The notes beneath the pieces are model-generated. The model did not search any database. It saw only the letters and a program-made list of their open reading frames with translations, and was not told the origin of the DNA. From Bdellovibrionales bacterium (GTDB taxonomy: Bacteria; Bdellovibrionota; Bdellovibrionia; Bdellovibrionales; UBA1609), in contig CBDCMT010000001.1 in assembly GCA_965219095.1 (NCBI GenBank), forward strand, positions 2,208,001 through 2,272,000: a stretch of DNA of 64,000 bases, read 5' to 3'. Positions 29,708 to 41,005 of the stretch are shown piece by piece. The position numbers were made by a program, and so were the translations under genes. Position 1 is the stretch's first letter. Every line of letters starts with the position of its first letter.

Positions 29708-29760
29708 ACTCGAGTTTCGACTTGTTTTCAGGGCTAAAGGTTAGTTGATATAAACAAACA
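29708..29760 (+). mobile_element. IS982-family terminal remnant
   Basis: ACTCGAGTTTCGAC...CAGGGCTAAAGGTTAG, matches 57697 and the complement of the IS982 IR at 39613. Confidence 0.65.
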
Positions 29761-29786
29761 CCTCAGGCCTTTATAAGATTTTCTTA

Positions 29787-29903
29787 AAGAAACAACTTAC
29801 AAGGAAAAACAACTTGCGAGTTGCAAAGAAAACATACAAACCCAAGTTTAGCTCAGGGGAGCCCTTTCTGAAAGTCTAACGGGATTACGGACATCCTCAG
29901 AAG
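29787..29903. repeat. Diverged inverted copy of 27905-28022
   Basis: ACTTACAAGGAAAAACAACTTGCGAGTTGCAAAGAAAACATACAAACCCAA shared exactly. Confidence 0.85.
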
Positions 29904-30131
29904 TCTTCTTAGAATTTTTAGCAATTTTTTTGAATTTTTTAGAAAAAATACTTGCACTGGATAATTGTAGTTGGGATTTATGACACTTATTGACATATTC
30001 TCCTTAAACGCTTTTCAAAGCAAAAAAACCTTTTTGGTTAATGATGTGTTTGGTTTTTTTGTATTGTCTTAAGCTGTTTTTTGATTTAAAAGTACTTATG
30101 TAATAAAACATGAAAGGACTTTAAGATAGTT

Positions 30132-31076
30132 ATGAAGTACAGAAGAAAAAAAATATCAGTTATAGGTGCAGGATTTGTAGGTTCTACTTGTGCCCATTGG
30201 GCTAGTCAACAAGAACTTGGTGATGTAGTACTTTTGGATATCAATGAAGGGGTGGCAAAAGGTAAGGCTTTAGATCTTTTCCAAGCTTCTCCTATAGCAT
30301 ATTTTGATGCTAAAGTTTCTGGAACCTCAGACTACTCTGAAACGAAAGGCTCTGATTTGGTGATCATTACAGCCGGTCAACCTAGAAAACCAGGCATGAG
30401 TCGTGATGATTTGCTTTTAGCAAATGCCCGTATTGTGAAGTCAGTTTGTAAGGGAGTCGAGTCTTATTGTAAGGATGCTATTTTTATTATTGTGAGTAAC
30501 CCTTTAGATATTATGGCCTTAGTAGCTAAAGAAGCTTTAAATCTTCCGAGAGAAAGGATTATAGGCATGGCTGGGGTTTTAGATAGTGCACGTTTTAGAA
30601 GTTTTATTGCAGAAGAAACGGGTATAAGTGTAAAAGACATACAAGCATTTGTTTTAGGTAGTCATGGGGACGGGATGGTTCCTGTAGTTCGTTACTGTTC
30701 TGTTGGAGGAGTTCCTTTGAAAAATTTCCTGACAGAGGAAAAGATAGAAGAAATTGTGGAAAAGACACGTAAAGGAGGAGAGGAAATTGTGAGACACTTA
30801 AAAACAGGATCAGCTTACTATGCTCCATCGGCAAGTGTAGTGCAAATGGCTGAAGCAATTTTAAAAGATCAACATAGAGTGCTTCCTTGTGCAGCCTTTT
30901 TAGATGGTGAATACGGTGTGAACAATATGTTTATGGGTGTGTTATGTCAGATAGGAGGAAAGGGCTTAGAAAGAATCATTCCTTTAGACTTTAATCAAAA
31001 AGAACAATATTATTGGGAAAACTCTGTAGCTGGTATCAAATCTTTAGTAAAGAGTTTAAAAAAATTAAAGTATTAA
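30132..31076 (+). CDS. mdh: Malate dehydrogenase (LDH-like)
   Basis: IGAGFVG, PRKPGMSRDDL, NPLD, GVLDSARF, GSAYYAP. Confidence 0.97.
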   Translation: MKYRRKKISVIGAGFVGSTCAHWASQQELGDVVLLDINEGVAKGKALDLFQASPIAYFDAKVSGTSDYSETKGSDLVIITAGQPRKPGMSRDDLLLANARIVKSVCKGVESYCKDAIFIIVSNPLDIMALVAKEALNLPRERIIGMAGVLDSARFRSFIAEETGISVKDIQAFVLGSHGDGMVPVVRYCSVGGVPLKNFLTEEKIEEIVEKTRKGGEEIVRHLKTGSAYYAPSASVVQMAEAILKDQHRVLPCAAFLDGEYGVNNMFMGVLCQIGGKGLERIIPLDFNQKEQYYWENSVAGIKSLVKSLKKLKY

Positions 31077-31095
31077 AGAAAGTTAGAATGTTAAA

Positions 31096-32262
31096 ATGAA
31101 TTTGCATGAGTACCAAGCCAAAGCCCTTTTAGCTTCTTACAAAATTGAAGTTTTACCTCATATTGTAGTGTCTTCTGTAGAAGAAGCTTTAGAGAAACGA
31201 TCCCAACTTAGAGAAGGACTTTTAGCGGTGAAAGCACAAGTACATGCAGGAGGTCGCAAAAAAGCTGGAGGGGTTAGACTTGTACACAGTTCAGAGGAAC
31301 TTGTCAGGGAGGTTAAAAACATGCTTCATAAAAGGCTTGTCACTCATCAAACTGATTCGAGAGGACAAAGGGTTAATCAAATCCTTATTGAAGAGGGTTG
31401 CGATATTGAAAAAGAGTATTATTTAGCCTTTCTTCTGGATCGTCGTTTAGGAAGGATATCTTTTCTTGTATCAAGTCAAGGAGGTGTGGACATTGAAGAG
31501 GTCGCAGAAAAACATTCTGAAAAAATTTATAAAACCTATCTTGACCAAAAGTCAGGCTTAACTTTAAAAAAAGCTAAACAACTTTCACAAACTTTAGGTT
31601 TTCCCCAAGAGGTCCAAGATCAAGTAGCGGAAACCTTTGTGAAATTATCAAGAGTTTTTCTTGAAAAAGATTGTTTGCTTTTAGAAGTTAACCCTCTTGT
31701 AATGACAAAGGATAAAAAGATTGTTAGCTTAGACTGTAAGATGTCTATTGATGACAATGCTCTTTTTCGTCATCTTGATTTAGAAAAACAAAGAGATCTG
31801 AGTCAAGAAGATGAAATAGAGGCTTTAGCTCTTCAAAATGCTCTTTCTTTTGTAAAATTGAAAGGAAATATTGGTTGTTTGGTCAATGGTGCAGGCCTTG
31901 CTATGGCCGTTATGGATATGATTCAACTTCATGGAGGAAGTCCTGCTAACTTTTTGGATGTAGGAGGAGGAGCTGAAGAAGAAAAGATTGTAAAGGCTTT
32001 AGGACTTATTTTAAAAGACCGGTCAGTAAAAGGCATTTTGGTTTGTATTTTTGGAGGGATTATGAAATGTGATGTGGTGGCAAAAGCTACAGTTAGTTTT
32101 TCACAAACTCAAAATCTCTCTGTTCCTTTAGTTGTAAGGTTTAATGGAACCCATTGGAGGGAAGGAAAAGAGATTTTAGAAAAAAGTCATTTAAATTATC
32201 AGTTTGCAGAGAGTTTAAAAGAAGCCAGTGAAAAAATCATTGAGCTTATACAGGAAAAATAA
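31096..32262 (+). CDS. sucC: Succinyl-CoA synthetase beta subunit
   Basis: [37 protein letters not shown]. Confidence 0.97.
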   Translation: MNLHEYQAKALLASYKIEVLPHIVVSSVEEALEKRSQLREGLLAVKAQVHAGGRKKAGGVRLVHSSEELVREVKNMLHKRLVTHQTDSRGQRVNQILIEEGCDIEKEYYLAFLLDRRLGRISFLVSSQGGVDIEEVAEKHSEKIYKTYLDQKSGLTLKKAKQLSQTLGFPQEVQDQVAETFVKLSRVFLEKDCLLLEVNPLVMTKDKKIVSLDCKMSIDDNALFRHLDLEKQRDLSQEDEIEALALQNALSFVKLKGNIGCLVNGAGLAMAVMDMIQLHGGSPANFLDVGGGAEEEKIVKALGLILKDRSVKGILVCIFGGIMKCDVVAKATVSFSQTQNLSVPLVVRFNGTHWREGKEILEKSHLNYQFAESLKEASEKIIELIQEK

Positions 32263-32263
32263 A

Positions 32264-33136
32264 ATGTCTATATTAGTTGATAAGAATACAAAAGTTATAT
32301 GCCAAGGTATGACAGGAAAACATGGAAGTTTTCATACTCAGAAGGCTTTAGAGTATGGAACACAAATGCTTGCAGGAGTCACTCCTTCAAAAGGAGGAAC
32401 AACTCATTTAGGACTTCCTGTTTTTAACACTGTAAAAGAAGCAAAAGAGAGTACAAAAGCTACTGTGTCTGTCATTTATGTTCCACCTCTTTTTGCTACA
32501 AAAGCTATTCTAGAAGCTGTGGAGGCAGAGCTTGAACTTCTGATCTGTATTACAGAGGGAATTCCTATTTTAGATATGGTCAAAGTAAAAGATGTTTTAA
32601 GACAAAATCCTCAAACAAGATTGATAGGCCCTAATTGTCCAGGAGTGATCACTCCTGAGGCATGTAAAATTGGTATTATGCCAGGTTCTATTCATAAAAA
32701 AGGTGAAATAGGAGTTCTTTCTCGTTCAGGGACTTTAACTTATGAAGCTGTAGGTCAACTCACAGCCTTGGGATTAGGGCAAAGCACTTGCGTAGGGATT
32801 GGAGGAGATCCTGTCAATGGGACTAATTTCATAGATATTTTAGATATGTTTGAAAAAGATGAGGAGACTAAGGCTATGGTTATGATAGGTGAAATTGGTG
32901 GCACAGCAGAAGAAGAAGCAGCAGAATTTATCACAAATTGTGTTACAAAGCCTATAACATGTTTTGTGGCAGGTGTTACAGCTCCTCCGGGAAAAAGAAT
33001 GGGACATGCAGGAGCTATTGTTAGTGGGCATTCTGGAGGAGCTCTTTCTAAGTTAAAAGCTTTAGAAAAGGCAGGTTGTTTTATTTCTAAAAGTCCTGCA
33101 ACTATTGGTGAAACTTTAAAACAACAAATCACATAG
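32264..33136 (+). CDS. sucD: Succinyl-CoA synthetase alpha subunit
   Basis: [31 protein letters not shown]. Confidence 0.97.
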   Translation: MSILVDKNTKVICQGMTGKHGSFHTQKALEYGTQMLAGVTPSKGGTTHLGLPVFNTVKEAKESTKATVSVIYVPPLFATKAILEAVEAELELLICITEGIPILDMVKVKDVLRQNPQTRLIGPNCPGVITPEACKIGIMPGSIHKKGEIGVLSRSGTLTYEAVGQLTALGLGQSTCVGIGGDPVNGTNFIDILDMFEKDEETKAMVMIGEIGGTAEEEAAEFITNCVTKPITCFVAGVTAPPGKRMGHAGAIVSGHSGGALSKLKALEKAGCFISKSPATIGETLKQQIT

Positions 33137-33148
33137 AAAGGAGCGAAG

Positions 33149-33571
33149 ATGAACCAAGAAATAACATGTTCTATTATAAAACCAAATGCTATTAAAAAAA
33201 ATAAAATAGGCGAGATCATTTCAGATTTTGAAAAAAAGGGTCTTACTGTAGTAGCAGCTAAGCTTGTGAGACTCACGAAAACTCAATGCGAAGAGTTTTA
33301 TAAAGAACATTTTGATAAGCCCTTTTTCTCAGAACTTGTCTCTTTTATGAGTTCAGGACCAGTTTTACTTATAGCACTGTCAGGAGAGAACGCTGTTATG
33401 AAAAATCGGGAAATTATGGGAGCTACTGATCCTGCAGAAGCCTCTCCAGAAAGTTTAAGGGCACGTTTTGGAGATAGTGTCGGAGAAAATGCTGTTCATG
33501 GAAGTGACAGTTTAGAGAGTGCACAAAGAGAACTTTCCTTCTTTTTTAAAACTCAAGAGTACGTGAATTGA
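33149..33571 (+). CDS. ndk: Nucleoside diphosphate kinase
   Basis: IIKPNA, FYKEH, MGATDP, NAVHGSDS. Confidence 0.97.
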   Translation: MNQEITCSIIKPNAIKKNKIGEIISDFEKKGLTVVAAKLVRLTKTQCEEFYKEHFDKPFFSELVSFMSSGPVLLIALSGENAVMKNREIMGATDPAEASPESLRARFGDSVGENAVHGSDSLESAQRELSFFFKTQEYVN

Positions 33572-33824
33572 AAAAATCGAAAATCCTGTTGCTTTAAGCT
33601 GTGATAGTTGCGACTTATCTCTACCAATCTTTCCAGCAAGACTTTTTTCAAGGCGAAAAAAGTCTTTTTTTTCAGTAACTTAACTCTTCCTGATAGATTT
33701 CTTTAGAGACTTTTTTACGATGTGTTCGTGATTTTTTGAGAGACAAAATCAGTAAAAGTTTTCTTTTTTTCTCAGAACAAAATAAACAAAGGTTGTTCGT
33801 GATTTATTCTTGATTGCACAGCCT

Positions 33825-34043
33825 TTATTTGATTTTGAGAAAATCTGCTACCTTTTCACCAGTATTACTTTCTAGCAAAGCCACAGTTTTTGCATATTTT
33901 TGAGTTACTTGTTGATCTGTATGGCCAAGACTGGCTTGTACAGCTGATAAGTCTCTTGTCACAATGAGGGCTTGAGTTGCAAAGCTATGTCTTAAAATAT
34001 GCGTTGAACGCCAAGGAAGTTTTAGTGACTGAAAAGCCCTATT
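33825..34043 (-). pseudogene. Tyrosine recombinase/integrase C-terminal remnant
   Basis: HILRHSFAT...VQASLGHTDQQVTQKYA; 5' part cut off by an ISL3 end at 34044. Confidence 0.85.
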
Positions 34044-34111
34044 GGCTCCTCCCGGGAATCTGTGGGTGAAAAGTAGTAGAAATCCCCCAAAAGAGCTCAT
34101 ATTAATCAAAA
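34044..34111 (+). mobile_element. ISL3 left-end remnant
   Basis: Identical to the start of the 17288 element. Confidence 0.9.
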
Positions 34112-34426
34112 GCAATACATGAGATGAGGCCCTTGAAACTTTTGCCTCCTCAAAAGAATCTGTGGGTTCCCGGAGGTTCTGGCAGTTTTCCAAGGTTATG
34201 ATATAAGGCGATTTTTATAGCTTTAGAGGTTCTAAAGCCGTAAGATTTTCTCATAGTGAGTTTTACTTTGTTGTTTAAACCCTCTACAATCCCTGAGGAG
34301 AAGGCTTTTTTAGCCTTGAAGTAATTAAGAATAAGTAGCTTATGTCTTCGTATGGTTTTTGCTTCTCTTTTCATAGGTTCAATTTTTGAAAGCATGACTC
34401 GTCTCGTCCAACTGTCTATAAATTTA

Positions 34427-37400
34427 CCTGAGTTCGTGCTCAAAAATGTACACTACAGACGGACGTTTTTTTGACAAGACTTTTTCCAATAGATCTTAGT
34501 ATTTTTTCTTGAACTTTATTCAAAGCTACTGTTTTGATAAGTCTAGTTTTATTTTTCGGTCATAAAGATAGACATTATACATGCTACCGAGTTCTTCAAG
34601 AGCTTCCTCTGGAGACATCTGCATCTTTTCAAGCTTCATTTTTAGAATTGAAAGTATCAGACAAGATAAATAGCATATAAAGACATGTGATTGAACTCTG
34701 TTGTAAAGCCAATGACGAATTGGTCTCAAATTTGTTATTCCCTTTAAGGTCCTAAAAGATTTTTCAATTATCTCTTTCTTATAGTACAAATTAACAATAT
34801 CTTTTGTAGAAAATATACAAGAGTAACCATCAAACTCAGATTCTAAATTCAACCGATCTCTCCTTAATCTTCCTGTTGGAGTAAGGTATTTTTCCAAACC
34901 TGGTTTTATATTTTTAGACAAAAGAATTTGTGCGTTTGCAATTTCGTCCAAACGAGATTCTCTTATATCTAAAGCTCTCCTTTGATTGTAACAAACAACT
35001 AAACGTCCTTTGATTTTTCCAACATTGTGATTAATGCTCTGAGCATACAAGGTACCACTTGATAACCTGATGCGATGGGATACATCAACAATAGAGTCTA
35101 GCCTTATCATTTTTCTAATCACATCCTTCTCTTTTTTTCTGAGAGCAATCCCACAAAGCGTATTCCAGCCCAAATCGTAACTGCTCACCTACATTGTTCA
35201 GTTATCCCTAACTTTAGACCTGTTTTAAGATAAAAGTCTTGCTCTTACAGATTTTCTTTTAAATACTTTTTTCAAATGACAATAAATAAGACCTCCATCA
35301 GAAATGAGATTAAAAATATAAGAAGTGACTTTGATAAGTTTGCAAAGAAAGGTTCTGTGCCTACTGAGATTTCTGTGATTGTTGAATCTCTCTTTAAGGT
35401 TGTGAACATTCTGATTGTTGTGCTTTTAGAAAAACAGGTTCGAAAAAATTCCAGCAACAGCGGTCTTCCTCCTTCGCAAGATTTTAGTCGTCAAGGGAAT
35501 CGTAATAAGAAAGCTAGTGGGAGTCAAAAAAAGGGCTCTAGACTTGATAACAGTAAAGATACAAACAGTGAGGAGACTGTCTTTCCCTCAGAGTGTTCTC
35601 AGTGTGGGATGTGTTTAAAGACAGCAGAGGTAAAAAGCCTTGAAAAGCGTAAAAAGATTGATATTTTTTATGAAATTCAAACCCATACTGTAACTTCTGA
35701 AGTTAAGGATTGTCCCTCATGTGGAGCTAGAAATAAAGGTCAATTCCCTAAAGGTATGAGTGGTCCTCTTCAGTATGGTATAGGCATTAGAGCTTCCATC
35801 ATCAATTTCATTATAGTTCAGATGCTGTCTTTTAGAGCGTGTTGGGGAACATTACATGGGGCTTATAGGTCGAATGATTTCTCCTGCAGTTATGTTGAGA
35901 TACATTGCTGAATTAGGAGAGTTTCTTAAAAGTTGGGAAGAGCAGATGAAAGAAAAGATACTTGAATCAGAGGTCATTCATGTTGATGAGACCTCTATGA
36001 GGGTTAAGGGTAAAAACTACTGGATTCATACTTATAGTTCAGGAGAATTAGTCTTGCAGTTTCTCCACCTTTCACGTGGAAAGGAAGCCATAAAAGATAT
36101 TGGTCTCTTGGATAGATATGCAGGAGTGCTTGTGCATGATTGTTGGAGTCCTTACTTTTGTTATGATAAGATAACTCATGCTTTGTGTGTGGCTCACCTT
36201 TTGAGAGAGCTTAAATTTATAGAAGAAAGCAATGGATTCAAATGGGCTACAAATCTCAAAAAACTTCTTAAAGAGACTGTGGAGTTAGTTCATAAAAAAG
36301 AGTCAAGAGTTCTGACTCAAAAAGAGTACGAAACTCTTCAGAGAAGGTATAGGAGTATTCTTACAAAAGGCTTAAAAGAGCTTCCAGAATTTCCTAAGAA
36401 AAATGGCAAGAAAGGACGAATAAAGCATACACAAGCTCAAAACCTTTGGCTGCGATTTAAAAAGTATGAAGCAGAAATACTGTACTTTGCTAAAAGAAAG
36501 AACGTAGATCCTACTAATAACAGAGCTGAAAGAGATCTAAGAATGACTAAAGTGAAAAAGAAAGTGTCAGGGTGTTTCAGAACAGAAGAAATGGCGAAAT
36601 ATTTTTGTCGCATTACCAGCTATGTTAAAACAATGAGAAATAAAGGGTATTCTTCTTTAGAAGCCATCTCTATGGCTTTAAATAAAAACTTACGAGAGTG
36701 AGCAGTTACCCCAAATCATTGATTTCATTGAGGTTTCTCTCTGAAAAAATGCCTCTGTCGTAAACAAACATTCCTCCACTTAGTCCATAGTTTGCAAATC
36801 CATCGGATAAACTTAGTAGAGTCCTGCTATCGTGTATGTTTCCACTAAAAGTTTTATGAAACACTGGTATTCCTTCTTTTTGAGTTGTCACCAAACCAAT
36901 TTGAATCAAAGGATTTCCACGTTTCCCATCCTTACTCTTTCCTAATTTTCCAAGCTGACATTTGCTACCATAAAGGTATGTATTGGTAACATCGTACACC
37001 AACCCTTTTAGCTCAAGATTGTACCTTTTCTGAACACCTTGAAATATTTTCTTCTGTAAATTTTCTGGATCACTCTCTAAAGAATCTAGAGCAGAAAGCA
37101 AACGACTTTCGGTTAGATCCTCTAAATTTAGCAAAGTGTTTAAATCTGTTCTCTCATACCATTTTGGCATTTTTCTAAGGCTTTTGTAATCTAAACAGTG
37201 AGCATAGACCATGCTTAATATTTCATTGGAGTATTGGCCAAGAGATTTTTGCAAATCTATTTCCCTAGCTATTTTATCTAAAACAAGCAAAGGACCATAA
37301 ACCTTGACCTTTTCTATTTCAAGATCAGATGAACTCATTGAAATTACAGTTTCACCATTCTCTTCCTTCCCGATGTACCGAATATGCTTTTGGATAACTT

Positions 37401-37644
37401 TTCCATCGACCCTTTTGTTCTCTACTTCTGCAAGATATGTTACCTTTCCTCTTTTTATTCTTCTGATAAAGCTCATATTTCTCCCTCTTGTAGTGTAATA
37501 TATTACACTACAAAGGAAAATGCAAGGCAAGTTATTTTTTGTGATTTTATCTAAAAATCGAAAATTCCCCTATGAAAACTGAGATTTTTATGGAAAATGG
37601 GAAATTATAGCTTTGTAGTGTACATTTTTGGTCACGAATTTAGG
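34427..37644 (-). mobile_element. IS1634-family element interrupted by IS66; transposase pseudogene
   Basis: IRs CCTGAGTTCGTG.../...CACGAATTTAGG; 7-bp DR AAATTTA; near-identical to 60803-62495 with extra small deletions. Confidence 0.92.
35177..36709 (+). mobile_element. IS66-family element, full length (1533 bp), frameshifted transposase (35276-36701)
   Basis: IRs GTAACTGCTCAC; 8-bp TSD CCCAAATC. Confidence 0.95.
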
Positions 37645-38888
37645 AAATTTACCAGCCCAAGTTGGTGAAACATAGGTCCATAACTGTCGGAAGTCTTCTT
37701 TTAAAAAATAACAGCGGATACTTTTTAAATTGTACTGTATTAAATGCCTTAATTTTACTTTTTCATAAGATTTTAAATTTTCTGCATTTTTTAACAAGGG
37801 CCATCTAGCTTTTGTTAAAAGGGGTTCATACCCGTCTTCTTTCATTTTTTTGTGTTCTGAAGCTCTCACTTCGTCTAAAGCCTTATTGAGTCTTGCTACG
37901 ATATGAAACCGATCTAATATGTGTAAAGCTCCACTTGCCCTCTCCTTTATGACTTTTAAATAAGGCTTCCACATATCAGAGCACACAAACCATATCTCTT
38001 TTGACTTCTCTCCTAGTAAATCAAAGAATTTTCTAAAACTCTTTTCTGTTCTTTTTTCTCCTATCCACAACAAGCGTACACGGGTTTTGCTTATTTCATA
38101 GACTAAGGTGAGATACTGATGGTTCTTTTTCCATTGTATTTCATCTACACCTATAGCTTGTATTCCCTTTAAAACCCTTTGTTTTAAACCATATTCTACG
38201 ACCCATTCTACCGAAGCATAGACCTGATTCCAACTGACATGAAACTTACAAGAAACCTCTTTCCAAGACAGGTGACGACACCAGTCAGCTAAGTACTTCA
38301 TGTAAAAAATTGTTAGGTTTTTCTTCCCATCTGCCCAAGGTAAATACTCAACTTTTACTCCACAGCAAGAACAATTAACTCTTCTTACAAAATAAACAAA
38401 AAACACCCTGTAACTTAAAATAGGAAGGGATTCAAAGTCCCGTGATGATTTACTGCTGTCATACACTGAACAGGGCTTCTTACAAACACTACAAAAAGCT
38501 TGGCCATTTTTACGAGCCTTAATAGGAACATTAATTGACTTTCTATCTTTTGAAAAATAAATGTCTCCGTATACAAAAGACTTCCATCTTAAACAATCAT
38601 TTAGTATAGTCTTCAAAAGCATCTCTTCCCTCCTTTTTTTTTTTTTGAATAACATTTTAAGGCATCTGGGAAGTAGGTGCTTCTTTTTTAAAATTTTAAT
38701 GTAACACAGCAAATAAAAGCAAATAAAATGAATGTTTTTGAGTTCAATCACCGGAGGTGATAGAGGCCAGTAAGGGCCTCAAAGAACTCAAAAATACAAG
38801 ATAGGATGTCTTACTCTTGCTTTGATTAATATGAGCCTTTTTGGGGGATTTCTAGCTACTTTTCACCCACAGATTCCCGGGAGGAGCC

Positions 38889-39613
38889 GGAATTTTAAAG
38901 CCTTTTATCAGTTTGCAGAAGTCTATCTTAAACCTTATTTTCCTAAAATGTTGTCTTACTCCCGATTTGTGAACATCAAAAAAGACATGGCTTTTTTGAT
39001 GTTTCTTTTCTCGACAAGCCTTATGAGTAAAACCACCGGCATATCATTTATTGATTCCACATCGATTTTTCTTCAAAAATAAAAGAATAGGACGAAATAA
39101 AGTGTTCTAAAAGTTAGCTAAAAAGAGGCAAAAGTAGTATGGGCTGGTTCTTCGGATTTAAACTCCATATTGTTATCAATCACCTCGGAGAACTTTTAAG
39201 TTTTACCTTAACTCAGGGAAATGTAGATGATCGAAAGCCTGTTATAGGTTTGTGTAAAGGGCTGGTGGGGAAACTCTTTGGAGACAAAGGTTATATTTCA
39301 TCAGACCTTTTCAAAAAGCTTTTAAAAAAGGGAGTTAAGCTTATTACAAACGTCAAATTAAATATGAAGAATAAATTGATTCCCTTATTTGACAAGTTGA
39401 TGTTGAAAAAACGTTCTGTTGTGGAAACAGTGATTGGAGTGTTAAAAGGAGAGTTTCATCTTGAGCATTCTCGCCATCGTAGCCCACAAAACTTTGTCAT
39501 CAATCTTTTAGGTACTCTCATCTCTTACTTGCTTAAAACCTAAAAAACCCTCCATTCAACTTAAAACTCAAAACAGGAGCTTCTGAACAATATATAAAAG
39601 TTGAAACTCGGGT
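38889..39613 (+). mobile_element. IS982-family element, 5'-truncated by ISL3, frameshifted transposase
   Basis: FPKMLSYSRFV, FIDST, GWFFGFKLH, GDKGYIS, EHSRHRS; right IR GAAACTCGGGT. Confidence 0.9.
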
Positions 39614-39616
39614 TAT

Positions 39617-40178
39617 TAATGAACTCAAATTGTTCATTTCTATCTGCATGAGCTTTTTTTTCCTTCCAAAACCTTTCTATTGGCCTGCAAGCTGTAATCC
39701 AGTTCGTGTAAAATGCTTGCAACAGTGGGAGGGCTTATATTATAACCTTGTGAATTTAAGGCCTCACTAAGATTTCTTACACTTTTACTGGTCCACTTTA
39801 GCGGACTCTCAGGATCCCCTCTTGTGCTAGACTCCATTAAACTTTCAAGAACGGAAACTAACTCTGGATACTCTGCAGTCTTCTTCTTCCTTCCCCTGCC
39901 TTTTGAACGAATCTTTGAATCTTTAACTCCTTTAGAAAGCTCTTCTAAATCCTCTGTAAATAGTCTGACGACATAAACCTGTAAACTTTGATACCTTGCT
40001 TATGCCACCACGACCATAGGCTTTCGATTCTGCCGCAGCTAAAATCCTCCTTGCTTTTCGTTTAATAAATGAAAAGTCGTTGTGAGCTTTAATCTTAATT
40101 GACGATCTTTCTCTGATAGCACATGTAAATCTTACGACATAAAATCTGAAATGTCTAAGTTATTTTTTAACAATGCCT
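39617..40178 (-). mobile_element. ISAzo13-family remnant (degraded transposase N-terminus)
   Basis: TRGDPESPLKWTSKSVRNL...LDYSLQANRK; IR-like AGGCATTGTTAAAAAATAACTT at 40178. Confidence 0.8.
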
Positions 40179-40192
40179 TACGCTGATAAAAT

Positions 40193-41002
40193 TCATTCTA
40201 AAGAGTTTAAAGATATTTCCTTTTCTCTTAAAAGAGCTTTTTCAAATGAAATCCTCAAAGCTATCTCTAAATCGGCTTCTCTCATAGACTTTAAACCTGC
40301 TTCTGTAATCCCCTTTTTAGATGTGACTTGTTTTTGGAGTTCTAAAAAAGTTTTCTTATCACCTTGGCATAGCTCAGAAGCTCCTAAGAAAGTGTGCTTT
40401 ACCATAGCTTCAGCTTTTTTTGCTTCAAAACCATTTTCTTCCAACCATTCCTTCCAATACTGCATAATTTCATAAATAAAACCTATTCCGCTACTACAAG
40501 CTACAGTAAAAGAAGGAGCTTCGTCTTCAGTGATAAAAATTACAGAACCTAAAGGACTGAATAGGTCTTTTGATATTTTTTCCAAAACAAAATTTTCTTG
40601 AGGAAGTTGAATACCTACAATTCCTTTTAAAACAGATGTTGCTGTATTAGGTATAACTTTTATAATGTTTTTTGCTCCCGGTATAACTGTTTTGATTTTT
40701 TTAATTTTAAGTCCTGCCATTAAACTAAATACAATATGTTCTGAATGAAAACTGGAGGAAAGGGGTTCTATGTTTTTGAAAAAATCATAAGGCTTAATAG
40801 CTATGATAATGATTTCACAAACATCTAAGAGTTCTTCATTATGTTTTAAGGCTGTAACTTTGTACTTTTCAGAAAGCCTTTGAGATTTTTCAAAAATTTG
40901 ATCCGAAGTGAATATATTGTAAGATTTCAGAAAGGTTACAAAGCCTTTGATCAAATTCTCGGCCATATAGCCTGAGCCTATAAGGCCTATTTTCTTATTC
41001 AT
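40193..41002 (-). CDS. proC: Pyrroline-5-carboxylate reductase
   Basis: IGSGYMA, AIKP, IPNT, VTSKKGIT; downstream of yggS. Confidence 0.92.
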   Translation of the reverse strand: MNKKIGLIGSGYMAENLIKGFVTFLKSYNIFTSDQIFEKSQRLSEKYKVTALKHNEELLDVCEIIIIAIKPYDFFKNIEPLSSSFHSEHIVFSLMAGLKIKKIKTVIPGAKNIIKVIPNTATSVLKGIVGIQLPQENFVLEKISKDLFSPLGSVIFITEDEAPSFTVACSSGIGFIYEIMQYWKEWLEENGFEAKKAEAMVKHTFLGASELCQGDKKTFLELQKQVTSKKGITEAGLKSMREADLEIALRISFEKALLREKEISLNSLE

Positions 41003-41005
41003 ATC

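Larger units (their letters stand above)
34144..38888 (-). mobile_element. ISL3-family element interrupted by IS1634 (transposase pieces 38622-37645 and 34426-34150)
   Basis: IRs at 34144 and 38888; transposase frame restores across the AAATTTA duplication. Confidence 0.92.

Noticed and set aside
32755..33276. 173-aa minus ORF and other short ORFs overlapping housekeeping genes (e.g. 1650, 8610, 40173, 54586)
   Set aside because: Antisense or alternate-frame shadows of well-supported genes, no motifs
33598..33627. Possible tRNA 3' end/att core (GATAGTTGCGACTTATCTCTACCA)
   Set aside because: No cloverleaf or proper TTCGA loop; TGTGATAGTTGC also occurs reversed at 8176-8187 and looks like an IS terminus
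33825..34193. 122-aa ORF as an intact recombinase
   Set aside because: N-terminal part is read through two ISL3 ends; only 33825-34043 is integrase-like
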